This document shows, one piece after another, positions 57,575 through 64,000 of a stretch of DNA of 64,000 nt (its first letter is position 1; each line of letters starts with the position of its first letter). Location of the stretch: positions 7,204 to 71,203 of the forward strand of contig JABJNO010000024.1 of NCBI GenBank assembly GCA_018664825.1, given 5' to 3'. Below the pieces are notes generated by a model. The model saw only the letters and a program-made list of their open reading frames with translations. It made no database searches and was not told where the DNA came from. A program made the position numbers and the translations under genes. This DNA is from Candidatus Parcubacteria bacterium (lineage in GTDB: Bacteria; Patescibacteriota; Patescibacteriia; UBA1558; GWA2-36-10).

Positions 57575-58678
57575 TTATAATTCTGCTAAATGTTTATTTA
57601 TTTTTTTACCTATTATTTCCCAGGTGAGGTTTTCTTTTACAAAATCAATTGCCCTGCCACCCACGGCCATTCTCTCTTCTCTACTCATCTTGTATATTTT
57701 TTGTAAATTGTCCTCTAAATCACCCACGATATTGTCTGTATCCAAAATAATACAAACATCCTTACCCACCAACAACTCCTCCACTGGCCCTACGTTGGTA
57801 GTGATATTTATGATACCCGTAGCTAAATATTCTGGCAATTTTGCTGGATAGGCGTATTCTGTCATCATAATGCCAGCGGGCCGTGCCAAAACCAAAACAT
57901 CTGAATCATTGACTATGTCATTGACCAAATGATGTTCAACGTTGCAATGAAGTACTACGTCGTCTTTTAATCCATTTTTTTCAATCAATGTTTCAACTTC
58001 TTTTGGATCTCCGCTAGTTATCAAATTTAGTTTAAAAGGTAATAACTTTTTTTGTTTTATATTTTTGGTAGCTTCAAGCAATAGATCCAGTCCTTGATAT
58101 GAACGAGCGTTGCCCATATAGCCTATTACCAAGTGATCTCTTTCTTTGTAGTCTGTTCTTTGAAATTCTGATAAATCCACTCCTCCATATATGACTTCAA
58201 TATTTTTATTTTCTTTTTTATAATAACTTTTTAGTTTTCCAGAAACAACAAATAATAAATCATAAAATCTCAATAAAAATTTTATTATGACTTTTCTGGT
58301 CATCATTGTCCTTTTGTTTATGTAGCCATGATAATACGGCTCTTCAAAATCAAGTCCATGTAGATCAACTACAATCTTGACTCCAGATAAAAGTTTTAGG
58401 ACAACCAAAAGTTTGATACTGGTGCCCGTAGCACTAATTACTATATCAATCTTGTTTTCTTTTATTATTTTGTGAAAAAATAAAAACTTTTTTATCAGAT
58501 TTACTTTTGGAATCTCAAAATACTGATCACCAAAATCTTTGTGGTTAGTTTGGGATGATACCCAGACATTGTTTTCCTTTTTTATATTTAAAATAAATTT
58601 GTAAATCCTCAAGGGTGTTCCCCTCATCGGATTGTCCAACTTTATATTTGAAATAAACAAGACATTCTTAGGCTTCAT
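57575..58678 (-). CDS. glycosyltransferase family 4 (GT-B)
   Basis: C-terminal Glycos_transf_1-like region with E..E motif. Confidence 0.7.
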   Translation of the reverse strand: MKPKNVLFISNIKLDNPMRGTPLRIYKFILNIKKENNVWVSSQTNHKDFGDQYFEIPKVNLIKKFLFFHKIIKENKIDIVISATGTSIKLLVVLKLLSGVKIVVDLHGLDFEEPYYHGYINKRTMMTRKVIIKFLLRFYDLLFVVSGKLKSYYKKENKNIEVIYGGVDLSEFQRTDYKERDHLVIGYMGNARSYQGLDLLLEATKNIKQKKLLPFKLNLITSGDPKEVETLIEKNGLKDDVVLHCNVEHHLVNDIVNDSDVLVLARPAGIMMTEYAYPAKLPEYLATGIINITTNVGPVEELLVGKDVCIILDTDNIVGDLEDNLQKIYKMSREERMAVGGRAIDFVKENLTWEIIGKKINKHLAEL

Positions 58679-58682
58679 AGTT

Positions 58683-60068
58683 TTAAGATAATTTTGATTT
58701 AACTTTTTTTACAACTTTACTGAATATACTAGGACTAATAAAATAAAATCTACCCTTGCTAAAAGTATATTTATAATGCCAACGATATATTCTAGCCAAC
58801 CAAGGTGGTTGATTCACATTTACTCTACCTGCAAATTTTTCTAAATTTTGCCAATCAAATTCTTTGCCCTCTTGTTTTTTAAGCATCTCGTACATCTCAG
58901 TGCTAAAATAAGGAATAGGTAAATTTGGTTCACACATTGTCTCGAGATCATTATCAGACAAAAACTTTTCAGTTTCTTTGATTGAACTCCTGTCCTCTCC
59001 TGGTAAATTGAGAATAGCATAAAGACCAATGATTATTTCGTGTTTCCTCAATACCTCTACACAATTTTTCGTCTCTTCTAGAGTAATGCGTTTATTTAAT
59101 ATATCCAAAACTTTTTGTGAACCACTTTCAAATCCAATATTTACCCTGACACAACCTGCTTGTTTCATCTTTTGGGCAACCTCATCATCTATATCGGCTA
59201 CTCGAGCATTGCAACCCCATTTGATATCTAGTCCTTCTTTTATAATCAAATCACAAATCTCAATTGTCCTAGCTTTGTTGATAACAAATTCCCAATCTTG
59301 AAAATATATTCCTTTTACTCCAAATTTATCAATCAGATATTTTATTTCCGCCAATACATTTTCTGGACTACGGACAATATAAAATCTTTCCATCATGACC
59401 TTTAGGCAATATATACAATTAAAAGGACATCCTCGAGATGTCATCATGATAGAAAATGGTTCTGGAATGTCAGCCTGAGTATAACGATATCTATCCATCG
59501 GCAACAAGTCATAAGCTGGAAAAGGCATACTATCCAAATCGCGATTACGCTGAGCACTTGGATTGTTTATAACTTTATCATCTTTGATATAAGAAATCCC
59601 CTCTACTTCACTAATGTCTCCTTTTTTAGACAAAGTTTTGATCAGTTCTACAGTGATCAATTCTGGCTCATTGCGAACTACAAAATTTACTTTGCTTTTT
59701 TCTAGTATCCATTCTGGCATCAATGAGCCATGAGCTCCAACTAAAATTGTTGTAGGTATCTTGGCCGCCTCTACTGTCTCTATGATATTGTTTGCCAAAA
59801 ATTTGATATGAGCATGAGAAGGTACTTCCCACCTATCAACTGGTGTAGAAGTCAAAATCAAAACTTCTGGATTGAAGTCTTTTATTTTTTCTATAGTATC
59901 TTCCAATGACAAATTTAAGGCGTTGGCATCCAATAATTTTATTTCATGATCATCACGAAGTATGCTTGCAATATAAGCTAGAGACAAGGGCTGCCTCTTT
60001 CTAGAAAGCTTACTTAGCTTACCTGAAAATAAAAATGGATTTAAAATAAATATTTTCATATATATCAA
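58683..60068 (-). CDS. B12-binding domain-containing radical SAM protein (class B radical SAM, probable C- or O-methyltransferase)
   Basis: CPFNCIYC CxxxCxxC motif after an N-terminal Rossmann-like B12-binding region. Confidence 0.75.
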   Translation of the reverse strand: MIYMKIFILNPFLFSGKLSKLSRKRQPLSLAYIASILRDDHEIKLLDANALNLSLEDTIEKIKDFNPEVLILTSTPVDRWEVPSHAHIKFLANNIIETVEAAKIPTTILVGAHGSLMPEWILEKSKVNFVVRNEPELITVELIKTLSKKGDISEVEGISYIKDDKVINNPSAQRNRDLDSMPFPAYDLLPMDRYRYTQADIPEPFSIMMTSRGCPFNCIYCLKVMMERFYIVRSPENVLAEIKYLIDKFGVKGIYFQDWEFVINKARTIEICDLIIKEGLDIKWGCNARVADIDDEVAQKMKQAGCVRVNIGFESGSQKVLDILNKRITLEETKNCVEVLRKHEIIIGLYAILNLPGEDRSSIKETEKFLSDNDLETMCEPNLPIPYFSTEMYEMLKKQEGKEFDWQNLEKFAGRVNVNQPPWLARIYRWHYKYTFSKGRFYFISPSIFSKVVKKVKSKLS

Positions 60069-61183
60069 CCGATAAAGTTTATTATATTTTTAGATCTGGT
60101 ATCCCAGCTATATTTAGCAACATCAACCAAAGCTTGTTGGGATATTTTAGCACTAAAACCCTCATCTAGCAATGCTGTTTTTATGCCTTTAGCCAAAGAA
60201 TCCGGGCTATCTGGCTCAAACAAAATAGCATTTTTATCATTTAAAACTTCCTTGATAGACGGCAATGCAGAAGCTACAATGGGCCTTCCAGAAGCCATAT
60301 ATTCAAAAAGTTTCATTGGAGAGGTATAATATCTAGAAACCTTTTCTTTACCACTATTTGGCAAAATCAAAGCATCAGCTGCCCGCAGATAGATGGGTAC
60401 TTTTTCATGTGGCTTGCGACCGGCTATCAAAATATTTTTGTAGTCTTTATTTTTTTCTTGGAAAGTCTCAATATCCTTATCTGTACCTCCAATAAACACT
60501 ACTGTTGTATTTTGATCCAAAAATTTTGAGGCATCAGCCAAAGTCTGAGCTCCTTTCCAATCATAGAGATGCCCTGCATAAAGAGCTATTTTTTTGTTTT
60601 GGTCTAAATCTAGTTTTTCTCTAGCCTCTTTTTTTGAAAGTTGAATATCAAATTGTTTTAAATCAACACCATCATGAGAAGCCAAAACTCTTTCCTCTTT
60701 GATGCCAAAATTCAAAAGTTCTTTTTTCAAACCATTGCTAATGGCTACAAACTTTAAATAAGGAAATAGTTTTTTATGAAAATAATTTAAATTTTTTGGA
60801 AAGTTATGAATTTCATAAACCAGATCATAATTTTTATTGTCTTTGAGTAACCACAAAACAAATAAATCCCTACTATAAACTACTCCTTTGTACTTTTTGA
60901 AACTCAAGTATTTTTTGGCCTTTTTGGCAAAAGACCAGCTACTCAACCAAAAACCAAAACGAGGGATAGTCCCTACCAAGTCTATGGCTGATAAATATTT
61001 TATTTCAAAATTATTTTCTAATTTATAGTAATCAAAAATATCCTTCTGAATAAAATTGTTTCTTTTGGGAACTATCAATTTTAATTCAGAGAACCTTTCA
61101 AAGGCTTCACACATTTTGGCTATTTGAATGCCGTGAGCTTTTTCTGTTGGTATTCTATTGTTGGCTATATATAATACTTTCAT
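60065..61183 (-). CDS. glycosyltransferase family 4 (GT-B)
   Basis: GT1/GT4 C-terminal domain; 4-nt overlap with the radical SAM gene. Confidence 0.7.
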   Translation of the reverse strand: MKVLYIANNRIPTEKAHGIQIAKMCEAFERFSELKLIVPKRNNFIQKDIFDYYKLENNFEIKYLSAIDLVGTIPRFGFWLSSWSFAKKAKKYLSFKKYKGVVYSRDLFVLWLLKDNKNYDLVYEIHNFPKNLNYFHKKLFPYLKFVAISNGLKKELLNFGIKEERVLASHDGVDLKQFDIQLSKKEAREKLDLDQNKKIALYAGHLYDWKGAQTLADASKFLDQNTTVVFIGGTDKDIETFQEKNKDYKNILIAGRKPHEKVPIYLRAADALILPNSGKEKVSRYYTSPMKLFEYMASGRPIVASALPSIKEVLNDKNAILFEPDSPDSLAKGIKTALLDEGFSAKISQQALVDVAKYSWDTRSKNIINFIG

Positions 61184-61186
61184 CTC

Positions 61187-62659
61187 TTATTCCGATTTTA
61201 TTTTATAAGCTTGATTATCAAATAATATTTCTACCTTACAATTTTTGTTATCCAAGAGTCTGCCATATTTTGTAGCCGGTATGATAGAAAACCTGAGTTT
61301 ATTGTTGTCCCAAACAAAATTATCTACTTTCCCATATTTTAACTGGTAGACTGGCATAATAGAAACAAATATTCCCTTGCTCAATTTTATCAACCTGGCA
61401 AAAAACTCACCCAGATGAAAAGTGCGTAGAGCTACCTTACAATGATACAATGTTTCTCTGATAGAAAACAATACATTCTTATTTGGTTTTAATAAAGAAA
61501 ATTTATAAAACTTTTTATTGCACTCTTTTGGTAAACCGTTGCCATATATACCTACTGTATAATTTCTTTCCTGCCAAAACTTGTTTAAAATAACTTGATA
61601 ACTATTATGACTAATATTGACGACCTTATCTAGCTTTATTTCAAAATCAATAGGCTCTTGATCAATATTCAATGACCATAATTTTTCTATATCACCAACT
61701 CTAGTTACCCAAGCCAAATGAGCATTCCAAAATAAATTACACTGATAATTATGATTTGATCCTGCATGAGAATGTAAATAACCATTTTTGATGTGATTTT
61801 TGATTTGGTGCAAAGAACGTAATAGTATTTGTTTGGCCAAGGGGTTTGTGGATTTTGATAAAGCATAAACATCAAAAGTATGAGAAGCTATCTCGTAATC
61901 ACTCAACCAATACCATTTTTTACACTCCAGATTCAAATCCTTGTAGCCCTCTTGTTTGTACATACTCAACAAGGCCAATATACTTTGTTCTAGTTTGTTT
62001 TGATATAGACCCAAATCCAATCCTGATTTTTCTATAGCATAATATATAAAAGCTGTGCACCTTGATTGATAATAAGTGGTCAATCCACCATAACCAGGAA
62101 AATTTTTGACCTGATCTGTATGTGGATGATAGATAAAAAACCCATCATCAGTCATCTCTTTCAAAGAAACTTCTATAGACTCTTTTATAATTGGCAATAA
62201 GTTTGAATCTTTTTTGTAATGATAATAAGAAGCCAAGCCTGTCAATCCCCATAGCCTTTGATTTGTAATTGGCTTTTTTACTGCCGCATCAACCAGATAA
62301 GTATTTACCACTCTATCCAAAACACCCTCTATCTTTTCTAGCTCTTCTTTGTCAAAAATATCTTTATGCCGATAAAGAAATCTGGACAATGAATCAATAA
62401 TAGCTCCACAGTCAATGACGTTGTTGCTTTTGTTGTAATGATTGAATATACCTGGATAAAAAACTAAGTGCCCATCTTTTTCTTTTGCCTTGTCTATAAT
62501 TTTGAAAACTAATTTTTTGGCTTTACCCATATCACCCAAGGCCATATAAAAATCAAGGGCGTATGCATTTTTTCCAGTATGCTCAATTTTGTGCTTCTTG
62601 CAATAATAATTTTTATCCAAGTACTGAGCTATTTGTTCTAAAAAATTTCTGAATTCCAT
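61187..62659 (-). CDS. hypothetical protein (~490 aa), possibly an alpha/alpha-toroid polysaccharide-modifying enzyme
   Basis: Start trimmed to MEFRNFLEQ (62659) to avoid overlap with the methyltransferase; W/Y-rich; no firm motif. Confidence 0.35.
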   Translation of the reverse strand: MEFRNFLEQIAQYLDKNYYCKKHKIEHTGKNAYALDFYMALGDMGKAKKLVFKIIDKAKEKDGHLVFYPGIFNHYNKSNNVIDCGAIIDSLSRFLYRHKDIFDKEELEKIEGVLDRVVNTYLVDAAVKKPITNQRLWGLTGLASYYHYKKDSNLLPIIKESIEVSLKEMTDDGFFIYHPHTDQVKNFPGYGGLTTYYQSRCTAFIYYAIEKSGLDLGLYQNKLEQSILALLSMYKQEGYKDLNLECKKWYWLSDYEIASHTFDVYALSKSTNPLAKQILLRSLHQIKNHIKNGYLHSHAGSNHNYQCNLFWNAHLAWVTRVGDIEKLWSLNIDQEPIDFEIKLDKVVNISHNSYQVILNKFWQERNYTVGIYGNGLPKECNKKFYKFSLLKPNKNVLFSIRETLYHCKVALRTFHLGEFFARLIKLSKGIFVSIMPVYQLKYGKVDNFVWDNNKLRFSIIPATKYGRLLDNKNCKVEILFDNQAYKIKSE

Positions 62660-62669
62660 AAAAATACTC

Positions 62670-63317
62670 TTAGGTTTTCTTGACTCTAAAAATATAGCCC
62701 AAAACAAATCTTTCTTTTAGGCTTGGTTTTATTTTTATCAACAACAAATCCAAAATATAATAAAAAGGGAAAAGAATGACTCTTATAAAAATTGGGAACA
62801 AAACCATTATGTTGTTGTAATTTGCTATAAACGGCCCCATGCCAACGCTACTAATAGAGATATCATCAAAAGAAGTAGCTTTGAATAATTTATATAAAGC
62901 TTCTTTTGTATACCTAAAATAGTCATGTGGATCAGGATGATAGGCTATCAAAAAAGGTACAAATCCCAGCAGAACGCCTTGATTTTTAAGAACTCTATTT
63001 GCTTCACTCAATACAAATTTGTGTTCGTATATATGCTCCAACAAATTAAACATCAAAACTTGATCTACTGAGCCATCTTCCATTGGTAGTTTATCTTTTT
63101 CTAGGTCGATCTTATTTGAATCATCTTTGGCATCTAAATCAACATTTATAATTTTTACGCCTTCTGATTTTTTCAAAAATCTCTGATAACTCGGTATATC
63201 TGCCCCAGCGCCGACATCAACAACTTTTCCTTTCAAAGTATACTGTGCTACCGAAAAATTGGTCATTGCCTTCATGACCGTCTTACCTTTTGAAATTTCT
63301 TTTATTATTTTAAACAT
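62670..63317 (-). CDS. class I SAM-dependent methyltransferase (Methyltransf_11-like)
   Basis: VVDVGAGADIPSY motif I; LLEHIY. Confidence 0.7.
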   Translation of the reverse strand: MFKIIKEISKGKTVMKAMTNFSVAQYTLKGKVVDVGAGADIPSYQRFLKKSEGVKIINVDLDAKDDSNKIDLEKDKLPMEDGSVDQVLMFNLLEHIYEHKFVLSEANRVLKNQGVLLGFVPFLIAYHPDPHDYFRYTKEALYKLFKATSFDDISISSVGMGPFIANYNNIMVLFPIFIRVILFPFYYILDLLLIKIKPSLKERFVLGYIFRVKKT

Positions 63318-63327
63318 TGTATTTTTA

Positions 63328-64000
63328 TTAAAATAAACTAACGATTGTTTTTGATAGTTTATCCAGGCTATGATGACTATCTACATAAGTATGTAAATCT
63401 TTCAAAAAACTAGCATCTCCAATATCAGCAACCACCAAGGCTTTATCACCAAGCTTATCAAGATTGTTTATATACATCGATTTATTTATTGGTTCCAAAA
63501 TATCCCTGAAGGCTTCATTTGAAACCAGTACAGGCGTACCAGAACTCATAGCCTCCAAAACAGTCTTGTCTACACTACCTGTTTTTGAAAAGTTCAAAAA
63601 TATATCAGCCCACTGATACAAGGGTGGCGTTTCGGTATTTGAAACTGAACCCAAAAATTTTACTTCTTCTTTTAGATTCAATTTAAAAATCCTATTATTT
63701 TGTTCATTTAAAAAAACCTTATCTTTTTCTAACGTAGCTTCGCCAACTATTTTTAGAACAACTTTTTTGTTTGTTTTTGATTTTATACTAGCCACCAAGT
63801 CAATCATTTTATCAATCTGTTTGGTAGCCGAAATACGACTAACACTCAACAATCTCAACTCATCATGAATTTCTTTTTCTTTGAAATAAAAAATTTCTGT
63901 ATCAATACCATGATGCAAAAATATAACCTTTTTGCTTGGCAAACGAAAACTCTCTTTGTTTATAGAAAGCATTTTGTCAGACAAAAAATTTAGCAGCCTC
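63328..64000 (-). CDS. glycosyltransferase family 4, C-terminal half (gene start lies beyond the right edge)
   Basis: Glycos_transf_1-like EAMSSGTPVLVS; frame stays open to position 64000. Confidence 0.6.
   Translation of the reverse strand, partial: RLLNFLSDKMLSINKESFRLPSKKVIFLHHGIDTEIFYFKEKEIHDELRLLSVSRISATKQIDKMIDLVASIKSKTNKKVVLKIVGEATLEKDKVFLNEQNNRIFKLNLKEEVKFLGSVSNTETPPLYQWADIFLNFSKTGSVDKTVLEAMSSGTPVLVSNEAFRDILEPINKSMYINNLDKLGDKALVVADIGDASFLKDLHTYVDSHHSLDKLSKTIVSLF

Noticed and set aside
61187-62707. Assigning the 506-aa protein as heparinase II/III-like or other polysaccharide lyase
   Set aside because: Only a vague impression from W/Y-rich composition with no diagnostic motif, so it is left hypothetical and the start trimmed to avoid overlap.
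1-64000. Possibility of an alternative genetic code (UGA recoding, as in some candidate-phyla lineages)
   Set aside because: tRNA-Trp has anticodon CCA, not UCA. DnaK, DnaJ, PilB, MetK, WecB and the ABC ATPase translate full length with conserved motifs under code 11, and no in-frame TGA interruptions were needed.

Overview
This is a low-GC, AT-rich bacterial segment (roughly one-third G+C by eye) read in the standard genetic code: the tRNA-Trp carries anticodon CCA, and DnaK, DnaJ, PilB and MetK translate full length with no in-frame TGA. The gene style (many prepilin-type proteins, compacted HrcA and MetK, strong AGGAGG Shine-Dalgarno sites, families of small repeat proteins) is what I would expect from a Patescibacteria/CPR-like or similar small-genome lineage; that placement is inference only.

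Layout of the window:
1. 0-20 kb, accessory mosaic. Six paralogous cytoplasmic repeat proteins (five with 20-residue LRR-like 'LPxxLxVxGDLxI' repeats, one with WG repeats) share an N-terminal Cys-containing helix and a C-terminal tail. They are interleaved with visibly GC-richer islets of small unknown genes and with housekeeping genes: hup, metK behind a SAM-I riboswitch, an L,D-transpeptidase, an FKBP isomerase, a GNAT acetyltransferase and a lone pilin.
2. 19.6-20.9 kb. tRNA-Thr, rpmG and tRNA-Trp, with a ~67 bp direct repeat that includes the tRNA-Trp 3' end; the usual secE-nusG continuation is missing.
3. 21-26.2 kb. One CIRCE-controlled heat-shock operon: hrcA-grpE-hsp20-Zn-ribbon-dnaK-dnaJ.
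4. 26.2-27.5 kb. Four tiny membrane proteins.
5. 27.5-48.8 kb, one ~21 kb minus-strand array. HlyD/ABC/2xFtsX exporter, three tandem major pilins, a PilM-PilN fusion, four domain-decorated minor pilins, PilC, PilB, and a CheY/CheA/CheW/MCP chemosensory module.
6. 49-64 kb. Surface-polysaccharide locus (priming sugar transferase, WbpO/WbpP-like dehydrogenase and epimerase, flippase, WecB, three GT4 transferases, two methyltransferases, a B12-binding radical-SAM enzyme).

Most candidate for novelty: the chemosensory module hard-wired to the pilus motor with unusual adhesin-like pilins, and the LRR-like/WG paralogue family with its foreign-looking GC-rich islets.
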